DNA of 64,000 nt from Amphiscolops sp. MND2022 (GCA_964187785.1 OZ076412.1:57722001-57786000); one strand, 5' to 3'. Numbered from the stretch's first letter, positions 23,661 through 37,970 are shown. Notes: generated by a model from the letters alone, not told the origin. A program made the numbers and translations.

Positions 23661-23949
23661 TACTTTAGATATTATTCCCATCTCAGTATGAAGGCTGAGC
23701 AGGGAGACTGAGTAAGTGGAGTGGAGTTGTACAAAGTGGAGTTTTGGCAGAATTTGGAAAAAAACGCAACACAGATGATGATTTTCCTCCCCCATTGAAA
23801 ATGTGGGTCGGAAAATAACAAGGAACTTTTCAATGAACTGGAAGACGTTTTCATGGCAGATCTGTGCTATGAAAAAGGCATTCGTTCAGAGATCAGATAA
23901 CGAGGGACGGAGCAATGGTGGATGATGTTTTTTTCAATGGAATAGAAAA

Positions 23950-25900
23950 CATGTTATCTGATTGTCTTCCATGATAGTAGTCTGTACTATGTTTGTCTCG
24001 AAATATCAATCTAAGACAGGACAGAATTCCTTTTCACGGATAGTCTGGAGGCACTGAAGAGTGAATCGAGGCCAATCTGGAATCACAAATTGTTGTTGAC
24101 GCCCTAGGATTCGAGCCAGACGAACAGTGCGAAATCATATACATGGAGACTCTTCATGTCACACTCTCCCCTGTGTTCAAACACGGCATCCTTCGCCAAA
24201 GAAACACTACCTCTAGTAAAAGTAATACCGACGGGTGGGATTTCTGTCATTACCAAGAACAACTACTCAGCTCACGCAATACCGGAACAATTTTCAAGAA
24301 TTTGAAATATATAAAAAAAACAAATGCATTCCCGAAACAATATACAAAGATGTCGATGTCAGCCGTTCGAAAAGCAAAACAGGTTGCTGTTTCAACGAAA
24401 TTTTTCACTCAGTTTACTCCACCGAAAAACACATACACGCTGAATGAGAAGCAAAGCCAAAGATCCGTTTCGATGGTTTTCAAAGTTTCAAAAAACACGA
24501 AAAACCTTGAACAAGACTTTGAAAACGAGTAAAAATTGTGTTGGAGTCTGCTTCCATTCAGTTCTTCTCGACTTCTTTTAAAGACGAACCCAGCACATTA
24601 TAATTGCAAACACGAACTCTTGCCAGCTGCAAATTAAAAGCGGAGTACCCAAGTTGTGTTCTGCATTTTCATAAACAATATCCAGAGTCACTGAATTTTA
24701 GCGACCCCTACATTATTGCGGATAGCATTGCTGCTCGTTTGTAGTGGATCATTTGGTTTTGAAACTGAGTCAACTTTACACAAAATTTGCTCAGTCAATA
24801 AGTCCCTCAGTGTGTTCAATTGGAGCATGGCTGTCCGGCCACATTTCAGCTCTGATAAAAGTTCCCAGTTCACAGAAGTAGCATCATCGTCATCAAAGTT
24901 TTGAATTCGTTCAAGTTTTTTGGTTTAGAATAATACATTATATGAACCGTAGGCACCGAAAGCAAAACGTTTCTGAACAAATGATCAGTCATCAAAAGTT
25001 ACATATTGCATCTGAAACGCATTCACAAAAGATGAAAGAGGAAAATAGATAGAACATCTAATAACAAATACGAAACGAGTAATGAATTATATCATCAAAA
25101 TGGATCAATATGGAAAACGTTGCTCTCTTGGGGTTTGTAAGGTCTATCAGATAACGTATTTCAAAAGTGGCTGTGATACTCGTCCCCTGTGTTCAAACAC
25201 GGCATTCTTCGTCAAATAAACACTGCATCTGGTGCAGTGAGTAATAAGACCGTTGGGATTCCTGTCATTATCGAGAATAACTACTCATCTCACAATTTCG
25301 GAACAATCTTCAAGTATTTGATTTATGTCAAATAAGCCAACTGCATTCCTTAAACAATATACAAAAGTGTCGACGTCAGACGTTCGGAAAATGGAACAGC
25401 TTGCTGTTTCAACGGAATTTTTCTATCAGTCTACTCCTTGAAGAAACTATAAACGCTCAATGATAATCGAAGCAAAATATCCGTTTTGGCGATTTTCAAA
25501 GTTTCAAAAAACACGAGAAATTGTCACCAATCTAGATACTGAAAGTGAGTAACAATGGTGTTGGAGTTTGCTTCCACTAAGTTGTTTTCGACTGCTTGTA
25601 AAAACCAACCCAACACGATAGGGTTGCAAACCTGGTCTCTTGTCAGCTGGAAATCACAAGCGGAGTACTTCAAAGGTTCTGTTCTACTTTTTCATGAACA
25701 ATATCTGAGATTCTCTGAAGTTTCGCGATCCCAACATTGTTGCGGATGACTTGAAACTCTTAGCTGGTGCCAAGACAGAAAATGAGATACACTGAGAATT
25801 CAATGGTATCTCAAACTGGTTTGAAACCATTGGAAAGAGTTTAGCACCTGCCAAATGGTATAAACTTGATTTCAGGGAAACTTGATTTCGACAACACTAG
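23950..25900 (+). pseudogene. Decayed LINE (CR1/L2/jockey-like) RT fragments in two diverged tandem copies
   Basis: CCCCTGTGTTCAAACACGGCAT occurs at about 24168 and 25184. RT motif-5-like (F)ADD(L)KL relics at about 24715-24730 and 25738-25760, and a pre-RT IPETIYKD...FNEIFHSVY segment. Confidence 0.6.
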
Positions 25901-26284
25901 TCGGCAACATTAGTATGCGTCTTTCAATCACTAATGGAAACCAGGCGCATGGAAGCACTCTCGACACACATTCCGAATTGACTTGTAGCGCACGCAGACC
26001 CATGAACTGCTAAATTGAGATACCCAGCACGCAGAGAAGTCGCAGTGAATTCTCCTTCAGAAACTGCCAAACTGTGAACAAAGTCATAAATTGATTCAGA
26101 GTAACACCGGTCCCCCTTTGCAAGTTGTGAAACGATCGGCAATCGGAGTTCCTTTGCATCGATGCTCGCGAATTCGGTTGCCAAGATGTCGGGTTGTTTG
26201 ACCGACAAATGTTCCCCATACGAGTGACACCTAATCTCATCAAGCTTGTTAGTTAATGTATCATATCTATTTTGTGTCGACCGA

Positions 26285-27700
26285 TTATTTATTGTTATTG
26301 CGAAAGGCTGAAATTAAGTTATTGCAACAAATGAACTGAAACAGTCGCTTTCGTTCAGGCCTTACAACATACTTACTTTGCCAAGCTAAGAGATCTCTTC
26401 GCAATATCCGAAAGGACCCTATCAAAATTTCTTCAAACGTTGGACCGCTCTGAAGCCAGCACAGCTTCAGCGAGTGAATTCGAATTCGATGGCGTTTCTG
26501 TAACCTAACAAACATCAGCAATTCCAGAAAGTGCATTCTTTTCAACCTCTTTTATCTCTTCTCGCTTCAAGGATTTTAATATTCTCTTTTCAAAATTTTG
26601 TGGATTTTCCGATTTGTGAATCGGTGCTCAAATACTTGACTTCACTGAAAAACTCTTGAACTAATGCGTCGAACAGATATCGCAAGTCTAGCAAACTTAC
26701 TGAACTTTCTTGCGCTTTCATTGTCACAGATTGAACACTTTTTAGGCTTTTAAAACGTTCTGATAAAACGACGAGTTGGCTTGGAATTTTTTTTGGATAA
26801 ATTGAGAGCAACTTAATCTCATAAAAGCGCGATATCATCCCAAAGTTGAAGACCATTAACTTTTGTTCCTAATAACTGCACTCAGCTCTGTTTTCTTTCG
26901 TAAATGTGATTATTTGTTCAATGTATCCAATTTTCTCGTTAGTAAAAGAATTTTGGCAAGTATTGGTTCAAACTCTTGGAAAAATATGTTCACTACAATG
27001 ATGATTCGGAGTGACGCAGAGTGCCAAAAAGGGCTGCGAAAGAATATCAGATTTTTAATTTTGTATTGCCAATGTCTCCAACAATAAAAGTAAAGGACAC
27101 GAGTCAAAATGTCGATAGTCTAAATTTCGATAAATGACCTCAAACATGACAACCTTGCATACCAAAGTGACGTCCTTGGTTGCTTGGTTGTTTTTGTAAA
27201 TTTCCAGCGTCCGAACAATGAAATCGGCATGACTTTCAGGATCCAGTTTCCTCATACATCTAGGGAGAAAACGCCAAAAATGGCTGTGGCAAATTCCATT
27301 TTTATCAGGGTATCACGCAAATCGCGCAATACAATGATCTGAATGTGTTGACCAACAATCTGAAAGGGTGCCAAATTTAGACGGCAAGTCGGCGGATACG
27401 TTTTGCTCCACTTGTTTCACAACTTTTTGAAGTTTGCTCACAAAAGTTTGACATGTAATTGGCAACATATTTGTATTCTGACGCGTTGTTTGCGCTTCTA
27501 CGAAAGAAAATGGTAAATTGCACTGAACAACCCCCTGGAGATAATTTAAAAATTTTGCCTCTTTTTTAACACTAGAAAGACTATCATTTTTGTAGAACCT
27601 CAGTACTGCATGACGGGTGTGTAGATACGATATGCTGATAGATGTTCTGATTTCCACAACCGTGGGTCTGAACACGTTCAACGTCCCCCTAAACATTAAG
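26285..27700 (-). pseudogene. Decayed hAT-superfamily transposase
   Basis: Fragments VVQCNLPFSFVE, LPSKFGTLSDCWS (catalytic-D region), VSLLDLRYLFDAL and a degenerate PT-x-E dimerisation-like segment, in colinear order with stops and frameshifts. Confidence 0.65.
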
Positions 27701-30226
27701 ATTACCGTCGCCTATTTTATTGAAAGAACTTTGAACGCCTTCTTTAGTCGGACCAGACATAACGACCTGCAAAAGCTAGAAATTAAATGCAAAAAGAAAC
27801 TTAGTGTGAATGATGCCAATCGCATAAATAACAACAGGCAACTGACAGCAAAGAGATCGTATATATAAGGCGAATACATCGATTCTGAGAAATAACAGCA
27901 ACATCTGAGAAAAAACGGCAAGGAACTAACAACAGCAAGTCTGAGAAATACCAGCATGCGATAATTTGAAATTATTGGTTTTGTCACGCCGCAACAATAA
28001 ATCTTTGCAATAATTTTTGTTTTCCGCACATATTCCATAATGAGAATTTATTCATCAATCATGTGACAAATGTTATAAGTAAACACGTGCAAAAACAAAT
28101 AGGTGAATAAAATATGCACGAATGGGTAAAATCTAATGGTAACAAAAATAAACTTTTGCTTCACTTTCTCAATTGGAGAATCGTAAAAGACAAAAAAGTA
28201 ACAGCTCAAAAAATGATCTTCAACTAACTTGACATCGTAAAAGAAATTGCAACGACAATCGTTGGAGGTCAGATTCCACCTGAAACAAGCAGTCTTGAGA
28301 CGAATTTCGTGACGTAGTTCATTGTTGCAAAGGTATGCACCGAGGTATTCAAAAGGGTTGACAAATTCGATCGCTTGTCACATGGGAAAGAAAAATATTC
28401 AAATCGTTTTTTTACCAAACTTGCCATGTTCCAAAATTTTATTCAAATTCAAGGGTGTCACCTATAGAATTTGATTAACATAAATTTAGCTTCGTACGAT
28501 AAGTTCTTGAAGAGATTTTTAGACTTTTTGGGATTCAAAAAAAACGACCCCATAACGACCCAACACGACTCCGAAAATTACAACAAGGCGAAAACTTCCA
28601 GCTTTCAAACGTTTTATGCAATTGTTGTCAAACTTCCGATGGACATCGTGCAATCGTCATGATAACACCGTCTGGGCGTTTGCCATCAGTTCGGTACAGC
28701 CCTTGCGGTTCGAGCACTGAAGGCAAGTCGAGAGATCCCAACGTCTGCTTTATGAGAGAATTTTGAGTAGCATGACGTGAGAAGCGACTAACACTATTGG
28801 TGCAAGCAAGACCGTGTAAACCGTCTCGTTCAACTCTTTTAACACTGGCACGTATACGCAACACAGATGTTCTTTCCGAGACACAAACCAATCGAAATGC
28901 GAAGATGCTTATCATCAAGTTTCTTGCAAGGAACAAAATTCAGCTACTGAAACCCGAAATGACCTAGATGAATGCTGAAAACTTTCCAACATTTGTCATC
29001 CATGCTAGAAATTAAATCTTGGCTGTTTCGACTTAGATAGGTTGAATCTAACCTTTCTGGGTGTCATCGAGAGGCTTTCCGAATTCATTCGTCAAATTCA
29101 ACCGTTTCTCAAGCTTTTTTCGTGAACGGAACGTCGACCGTTTCCGGCAAAAATGTCATGAGAAAGTCATTCGCACCAGATGCAGAGACCAAAATGCAAG
29201 AATTGCTAATAAATATCCAAGTTAATCACCAAAAACGCCACTTTCAGCGGGCAGAGAGCTTGCTAAGTACTCAAAAAATCGCCACATTTCACTTTAGACG
29301 CATGAGAGAGCCCGTGAAGTACGTTTTTGCCATACTTTTCCAAGAGAAGTACAACAACTTTGAAGCACATTGAAGCAATTTTTCAACACAAAAAAACCTT
29401 AAAGAGCATCCATTTTCTCATCAATTCTGTAACTTCTGACCAGTTCATCAATTTACATTTTCATTAAGTCCGCCTGTGATTTCGGACCCGGGCTTTGAAA
29501 GAAGAATGATGAGTTCATCTTTCGTTGGTGTTTTCATCCCAGGTTAAAATTTTAGAAAAGATGCTAAAACTGTCGATTGTCGCTTTTTAGTGATATAACC
29601 AAGAAAAAATCTTCACATTTCGTGGGTCTGTTTTTGATTTCAACGATTTTACATCTTTAATAATTTTTCCGGATTCTAAATTTCCAGAATCGAGGTACCA
29701 TTCTTTTCTTTTCGACTCAAACTGTCAATCAAATCCTGAAGGGAATCTGAGAAAATGAAGCTGGTGACTCAGGTTCTCCTTGGTGGGTCCCTTCACAAGA
29801 TTTGATTGCTGAATCAGCGTAAAAAAGAAACTTGGCTGACTTGTAAACTTCCTGGTGGATTTCATTGTTTTATCGAGCATGAACTGTTGGATTATTGAGT
29901 TGAAAGCCTCTTCAATTCTCAATACTACGTTTTGTTTGAGCTGGTGGTTTTCTATCGGAGAACGGAAAACATGTGAGGCCAATTCAGCGCTCCTTTTGGT
30001 GCCGACACCTATTTTTCGGCTTCGGTACCTTGTTCAACGTGAAAATCCAATTGTTTTAGAATAAACGGATGACAATATTTATATACAATATTATTTTAAA
30101 AATATAAAATTGCCCCCCCCCCTGTTATTGCAAATAATTGACATGGCAATAATTGATTGAGGACCCCTAGCTCCGATTGCCACGAGGGACATCTGCTTTC
30201 AGTCCGCGTTGTCGCTTTCGTAATTG

Positions 30227-33200
30227 TCAGTTGAAAAGTAGAGTTTCATGTTATTGAGTACTTTTCGCAAATTTTGAGCGATTCTCAGATTTCATTCCAA
30301 GATAACTGTGCTTCAAACTGTATGATACACCACTGCCCGAAGTGGTAGGACTATCTTGTGCCTTCATTACAAACGGCTTGCGGCAATAAAGTCGAATTTT
30401 GACACGTCGAAAGAAAAATCTAGATTTATAACGTCAAATAAATAGCGTAGAATTTAGTCGAACAGATTTGAGTCGAATTCTTGTCGAACTTGGTCGAATT
30501 AAAATTTTAGGTTCAGAAAATATTTAGGATACTTTTTCCCATCTAATATGTGGTCATATACTGTGCATGCACGCTCACCCTCACCGTCGTAAAGACCAGC
30601 TCCCACTACGATTGCTTCACGATCTCCGTTCCCGCTTGGTGTTTGATCCTGTTCGACCTCGCTTAGCAAGCTGGGAACATAAGCTGGCCCAAAGGGCCAC
30701 AGGGCACTAGAGGAACTGGTGCATATGCGACGGCCAAAACATTGTTTGACCATTTTACATTTGCAATGACATCGACGCAATTACTTTGACGAAAGTCCGT
30801 CGACGATGGTACTTCGACGCTAGTTATACGGTTCAAATTCGACTTTAGTCGTTCGACTTTATTGCTGGACATTACAAATGACTACAGTTTGATGAGACTG
30901 GTTTTTGTAATAACCTAAATCACAGCCGTAGTCTTTTGATTCGCGTGCGAAGTCTCATTTGCTCTTTAAATGCTTTCATGAAACTGAGCCCACCCTCTTG
31001 AAATAATAAAGTTTTTTAAATCTCTATAAGATATCACGGATCTTCGTCATCAATCAAGTGCCATGTGTATCATCATGTTGAGGAAAAAAGACACACACCC
31101 GTGGTCTGCAACGAAATTAGGGAACCCCATACCAGCCACTATCCTTCTAGACAAGTAACAAAAAACAACCATCAAACTACTCATACCAGCCACTGTCCCA
31201 TTCGACCGGTAGAAAATTGTTTTGAAGCTGCAATGGTATAGAGGTTTGAAAAAAGCTATGTCTAATGAACTTCTTCGAACACAGCTCCGTCGCTCACAGT
31301 TCCTGGAGCACAGGTCGCATTGCCCATCTGAACAGCCATTGAAATCCGTTGCTTCAAAATACTGCCAGTTCGTTGATCGTCGTGCGAACGACAGAGCATT
31401 TTACAGAGACGCGTGATGAAAATTTCACTGCTCTCCCCTAAAGAACCCTGTACTTCCAGGCCTCCGGTTGAAAATGGTATCCACTGTCCATTAATTCGCA
31501 ATACTTCTAAGACTAGATTTACGCGCTTCAGCCTCGATGGCGGTGGTTCCCGGGTTGCATAAAAAGACTTGATTCAGACGGCTGGGTGCAAGAGCATCCA
31601 CAACCGTGACATCCCACACCAGCTGTTTACCCATTTGCCAAAGAATCATGATAACACCGTCTGGGCGTTTGTCATCAATTCGGTACAGTCCATGTGACTC
31701 GGGCACTGAAGGCAACTCGAGAGTTCCAACGTCTGCTTTATGAGAGAATTTTGAGTAGCATGACGTGAGAAGCGACAAACACGCTTGGTGCAAGCAAGAC
31801 TGTGTAAACCGTCTCGTTCAACTCTTTTAACACTGGCACATACACGCAATTTCTTCACACTGATCGGACTTCCGAAGTTTAACAAGTGAGTTGAAAGTGA
31901 ACTAGAGAAGAAATATGACAAATAAATAGTTCCTTTTTTGGTCTTTGTCTCCGTTAGAAAACTCAGACTACAGCAATGACATTCTTCAGGAGACGCTAAC
32001 TGAGAAAATTTCAAACTTTTCCATGAAGACACAGATGTTACACTTTGTGGCCTAGTTGTTAGAGAGTTGACTGGAAAATAAAAAGTACGCGGTTAATGTA
32101 CTCAGTACCGAAATGTCAGTTGAAAAGTAGACTTTCATGTTATTGAGTACTTTTCGCAAATTTTGAGCGATTCTCAGATTTCATTCCAAGATAACTGTTC
32201 TTCAAACTGTATGATACACCACTGCCCGAAGTGGTAGGACTATCTTGTGCCTTCATTACAAACGGCTTGCGGCTATAAAGTCGAATTTTGACACGGCGAA
32301 AGAAAAATCTAGATTTATAACGTCAAATAAATAGCGTAGAATTTAGTCGAACAGATTTGAGTCGAATTCTTGTCGAACTTGGTCGAATTAAAATTTTAGG
32401 TTCAGAAAATATTTAGGATACTTTTTCCCATCTAATATGTGGTCATATACTGTGCATGCACGCTCACCCTCACCGTCGTAAAGACCAGCTCCCACTACGA
32501 TTGCTTCACGATCTCCGTTCCCGCTTGGTGTTTGATCCTGTTCGACCTCGCTTAGCAAGCTGGGAACATAAGCTGGCCCAAGGGGCCACAGGGCACTAGA
32601 GGAACTGGGGCATATACGACGGCCAAAACATTGTTTGACCATTTTACATTTGCAATGACATGGACGCAATTACTTTGACGAAAGTCCGTCGACGATGGTA
32701 CTTCGACGCTAGTTATACGGTTCAAATTCGACTTTAGTCGTTCGACTTTATTGCTGGACATTACAAATGACTACAGTTTGATGAGACTGGTTTTTGTAAT
32801 AACCTAAATCACAGCCTTAGTCTTTTGATTCGCGTGCGAAGTCTCATTTGCTCTTTAAATGCTTTCATGAAACTGAGCCCACCCTCTTGAAATAATAAAG
32901 TTTTTTAAATCTCTATAAGATATCACGGATCTTCGTCATCAATCAAGTGCCATGTGTATCATCATGTTGAGGAAAAAAGACACACACCCGTGGTCTGCAA
33001 CGAAATTAGGGAACCCCATACCAGCCACTATCCTTCTAGACAAGTAACAAAAAACAACCATCAAACTACTCATACCAGCCACTGTCCCATTCGACCGGTA
33101 GAAAATTGTTTTGAAGCTGCAATGGTATAGAGGTTTGAAAAAAGCTATGTCTAATGAACTTCTTCGAACACAGCTCCGTCGCTCACAGTTCCTGGAGCAC

Positions 33201-33738
33201 AGGTCGCATTGCCCATCTGAACAGCCATTGAAATCCGTTGCTTCAAAATACTGCCAGTTCGTTGATCGTCGTGCGAACGACAGAGCATTTTACAGAGACG
33301 CGTGATGAAAATTTCACTGCTCTCCCCTAAAGAACCCTGTACTTCCAGGCCTCCGGTTGAAAATGGTATCCACTGTCCATTAATTCGCAATACTTCTAAG
33401 ACTAGATTTACGCGCTTCAGCCTCGATGGCGGTGGTTCCCGGGTTGCATAAAAAGACTTGATTCAGACGGCTGGGTGCAAGAGCATCCACAACCGTGACA
33501 TCCCACACCAGCTGTTTACCCATTTGCCAAAGAATCATGATAACACCGTCTGGGCGTTTGTCATCAATTCGGTACAGTCCATGTGACTCGGGCACTGAAG
33601 GCAACTCGAGAGTTCCAACGTCTGCTTTATGAGAGAATTTTGAGTAGCATGACGTGAGAAGCGACAAACACGCTTGGTGCAAGCAAGACTGTGTAAACCG
33701 TCTCGTTCAACTCTTTTAACACTGGCACGTACACGCAA
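30227..33738. repeat. Near-identical direct duplication, period 1889 bp (30227-31849 vs 32116-33738)
   Basis: Paired ORFs offset by 1889 (30499/32388, 31222/33111, 31491/33380). Only scattered substitutions seen. Confidence 0.9.
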
Positions 33739-35588
33739 CAGAGATGTTGGCTCCGAGACACAAACCAATCGAAATTGCGAAGACGCTTATCATCAATTTT
33801 CTTGCAAGGAACAAAATTCAGCCACTGAAACCCGAATTGACCTAGATGAATGTTGAAAACTTTCCAACATTTGTCATTCATGCTAGAAATTGAATCTTGG
33901 GCAGTTTCGACTTAGATAGGTTAAACCTATTTTTTCTGGCTGTCATCGAGAGGCTTTCCAATTCATTCGTCAAATTCTACCGTTTCTCAAGCTTTTTTTG
34001 TGAACGGAACGTCGACTGTTTCCGGCAAAAATGTCATGAGAAAGTCATTCGCGCCAGAATCTGAGACCAAAGTGCAAGAATTGCTAAAAATTATGCAAGT
34101 TAATCACCAAAAACGCCACTTTCAGCGGGCAGAGAGCTTGCTAAGTACTCAAGAAATCGCCACAGTTCATTTTAAACGCATAAGAAAGCCCGTGACGTAC
34201 GTGTTTGCCATAGTTTTCCAAGAGAAGTACAACAACTTTGGCACACTGAAGCAATTTTTCAACACAAAAAAACCTTAAAGAGCATCCAGTTTCTCATCAA
34301 TTCCGTAACTTCTGACAAGTTCATCGTTTTACATTTTCAGTAAGTCTGCCTGTGATTTCGGACCCGGGCTTTGAAAGAAGAATGATGAGTTCACCTTTCG
34401 TTGGTGTTTTCATCCCTGGTTAGAAATTTAGAAAAGATGCTACAACTGTCGATCGTTGCTTTTTAGTGATATAACCAAGGAAAAATCTTCACAATTCGTG
34501 GGTCTGTTTTTGATTTCGGCAATTTCACATCTTCATTAATTTTTCCGGAAACTAAATTTCCAGCATCGAGGTACCATTCTTTTTTTCCGACACAAACTGT
34601 CAATCAAATCCTGAATGGAATCTGAAAATGAAGCTGGTGCCTCAGGATCTCCTTGCTGGGTCCCTTCACAAGATTTGATTGCTGATTTGGAGTGTACGCC
34701 TTTGATCTAATTCATTAGGTCTAATGGAATTTGATCTAAATTTCAGATCTATGTCAGGTCTAACTTTAGGTCAAACTTTCAGATCTACTTTTATCTGAAA
34801 AACTTAGTCTAACCCCTTTATGATCTAATATGTGTTCTGAAAGCAAAAGTATAATGTGGGGCAAGTGCGATGTATGCACGCTCACCCTCACTGTCGCAAA
34901 TACCAGCTCCCACTACGATCGCTTTGCGATCTCCGTTCCCGCTAGGTCTTTGCTCTTGTTCGATCTCGCTTAGCAAGATGGGAATATAGGCGGCCCCAAG
35001 GGGCCGCGGGGCACTAGAGGAAATGGGGTCATATCCGAGGCACTGTAACGGCAACTGCCCATAACGAAATTTTCGATGCAAAAATTCGTTCAAGATCTGA
35101 CGTGGCACCCAAACATGTTAAAGGTGAAAGACCTGTCAGAAATCGTACGGCAAAAAGCAGAAAGCGCCGCCCGCGAAAAACGAGCACAAGAGACGACTGC
35201 ATAGACGTCTATTCCTTCTGCAGAACACGGTATTGTGCCCATCCCTGGGAGATTGACATTGCTTTAGTAGCAGAAACCAGTATTCCAGATGCTTGCCTAA
35301 ATATCCCTGCGGTGTCCTGTGTGGCGACTAGCGCTAGCGCTGGGAAGCCGAGGTCAATTTCCATCAAATGACTGACTCGAACTCTTGATTTTATGATGTT
35401 TTTCCTTGCAGTAAATCGATATGCTCGAGAGCTGCCCCTTAACATCTGTATTTACCCATTTAGGCGATGTCGATTTTATCAGATTCTCCAATACTATGGT
35501 TCAACCTTCTCTAATTTTCAGCCCCCTTTTTAGAAGCTAGTCGAGCAGTGGTCTTGAGTTATGCAAGATGCCTGTTGCTTTTAGCAAT

Positions 35589-35933
35589 GGGTGGGCGGAA
35601 GTAGGTCGAAGGAACGGGATCGAAAATCAGAGTCAGTCCTCAGGTCGACATACCAAATTTTTTGCATGGGATCGAAACAACTCGGATCGAAATTTTTATA
35701 ACGTAGTCAGATTTGTTCACATACACCTAGTGCCCTGAATGCAGAAGCGAAGCGGAGCGACGTGCCATATGGCCATGTCTCAATGTTGCTACTTGGCGAA
35801 GGGAGCGAAGCGACCGAGCCATACAACAAATACGATAAAATTCGACCGCATTCCATTCGATCCCTGCAATTCGATCAAAAGGTTCGACCTCTGTCCTTTC
35901 GACCAGAAAAATTCGACCTATTTACAGCCACCC
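35589..35933 (+). mobile_element. MITE (345 bp), Mutator-like, 8-bp TSD TTAGCAAT
   Basis: TIR GGGTGGGCGGAAGTAGGTCGAA ... TTCGACCTATTTACAGCCACCC. TTAGCAAT at 35581-35588 and 35934-35941. Confidence 0.85.
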
Positions 35934-36383
35934 TTAGCAATTACAGACTAGGACCAGGCCAGAGAGTTTCTTACCATACTGTTCCCCCACCTTGGGACTG
36001 GCTCCTTCGGAGGGAAAATGAGCTAGGGCCGCGGAGATCTAGGTCCCGGATCCTATACGCTGCTTTGGTTCCTCCATCCTAAGTTGCGATTCAAGCGCCA
36101 GCGCTTATCGTTACACACGTTTTATACTTTATATCACTTTTTAGTTTTAGATCCTCATTGACTTATTGTTTTTCTCAAATTAGAAAAGATTTTCAGACCT
36201 GATTATTTAGATCAATTTATTTAGATCTCAGTTTTGCCCCCTCTCTTAGATCTATTTCATTAGACCTGATTCCACGCACCTGCTGATTTTTAGGTTTTGA
36301 TATCCCTGATTGAAACCCGAATTTGCTTTGATGAGCGTTAAAATTTTTCGAACGTTCGTCATCCATTCTAGAAATCAAATCTT

Positions 36384-36733
36384 GGGTGGCTGTAAATAGG
36401 TCGAATTTTTCTGGTCGAAAGGACTGAGGTCGAACCTTTTGATCGAATTACAGGGATCGAATGGAATGCGGTCGAATTTTATCGTATTTGTTGTATGGCT
36501 CGGTCGCTTCGCTCCCTTCGCCAAGTAGCAACATTGAGGCATGGCCATATGGCACGTCGCTCCGCTTCGCTTCGCTCCTGCATTCAGGGCACTAGGGGTA
36601 TGTGAACATATCTGACTACGTTATAAAAATTTCGATCCGAGTTGTTTCGATCCCATTCAAAAATTTGGTATTGTCGACCTGAGGACTAACTCTGATTTTC
36701 GATCCCGTTCCTTCGACCTATTTCCGCCCACCC
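36384..36733 (-). mobile_element. Second copy of the same MITE, inverted, 9-bp TSD TCAAATCTT
   Basis: Reverse complement of 35589-35933. TCAAATCTT at 36375-36383 and 36734-36742. Interrupts a CRE-like segment. Confidence 0.85.
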
Positions 36734-37970
36734 TCAAATCTTGAGCGGTTTTGACCTGGACAGATTGTGTCCAATTTTTCTGAGTTCCATCGAGAGGACT
36801 TTCCTTTTCATTCGTCAAACTCAACCATTTCTCAAGCGCTTTTGTAAATGAAACATCATCGAATGTTTCCGAGAAAATCGTCGTGAGAAAGTTACTCGCA
36901 CCAAAAGCTGGGGCCAGAATGGCAGGAAGTGCTAATAATAATGCGGATGAAATCGCAAGACCTCCCATCTCAGCGGAGCTAGCTGTGTACTCGGAATATC
37001 GTCGAAGTTCGTTACACACTTTGGAAAGCCCGCCGCGAACGGTTTTGTCATATTTTTCCAAGAGATCTCGATGATTAAAACATGTACTGGTTCTCAGGAA
37101 GTACAACTTTGGCAGACTGAAGCAATTTTTCAACATGAAAAATTCATAGTGCGCATCTAGTTTTTCAACAATTCCATTAACTTTTTCCAGTTCATTAATT
37201 TTTTTTCCAATAAGTCTGCTTGTGATTTCATTAAATATCCGTTGACCAAAAACAGTGTACGATTAATTTTTGGACTGATGGAATGAACGTTTAGAACAAC
37301 ACCTCATTGGTCGACTTCCCATACCACGATGATAACGAACATAACGGTAACGGAAATAAAATGGTGAATGTGAGCCAGTCCCCATCAAATTGCCTCATGA
37401 GAGTGTTGGCCAACATAGTCCAACTTACCAAAGCCACACCATCCGCTTGACCATTATAGCCCGACTCAGTTGGAAATTGCGCATTTATGTTGACAAATTC
37501 CAACAACTTCTTGCCTACAATGCTGATCGGCAAAAAAGCAATTCCTTTGCTTAAATTACCAAAATTTAAATCCAAGTATCTCATCATTTTCTTGAATACT
37601 GTATATCTCAAATACTGTCAAACAGTTTGGCTGAGAAGTTCCTCGGAATCTTTTCTACTTAACAAAAAAGTTTGTTGCAAGTGTCTACGGCTTGTTTTGC
37701 AGAAATTGGAATTTGCTTGATCGATTTTTGCTTGCGGAAAGTTGATTGATTTTTTTCACAATGCCGATGAAAGTTCACTAAAACCAAAAAGGGCGATGAT
37801 GTTTAAATATGTTGAAGGGGCTTGTCACCAATTGGATATGGATGTTGATACGCTGCAAAGCTTCCTTGCACTTGTCAGTAATGCTAAATTCGGAACCTCG
37901 GCAAGTGGAGGATTTCTTAGATTAGTTTTTGCTGTGTACTTGTAGCATGTCAACAATTCACTTCAGATAG

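Larger units (their letters stand above)
28628..37200 (-). mobile_element. Cluster of CRE/RLE-type (restriction-like endonuclease) non-LTR retrotransposon remnants
   Basis: Repeated CCHC/RLE fragments C...SRFSRHATQNSLIK, KRPDG, GKQLVWDVTVVD and VQGSLGES...QRISMAVQMGNA at 28628-28936, 31262-31850 and 33151-33770. Thumb-region LKNCFSLPKLYFLRTSTCF...GGLAISSA..LALPA at 36760-37136. All on the minus strand. Confidence 0.8.
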
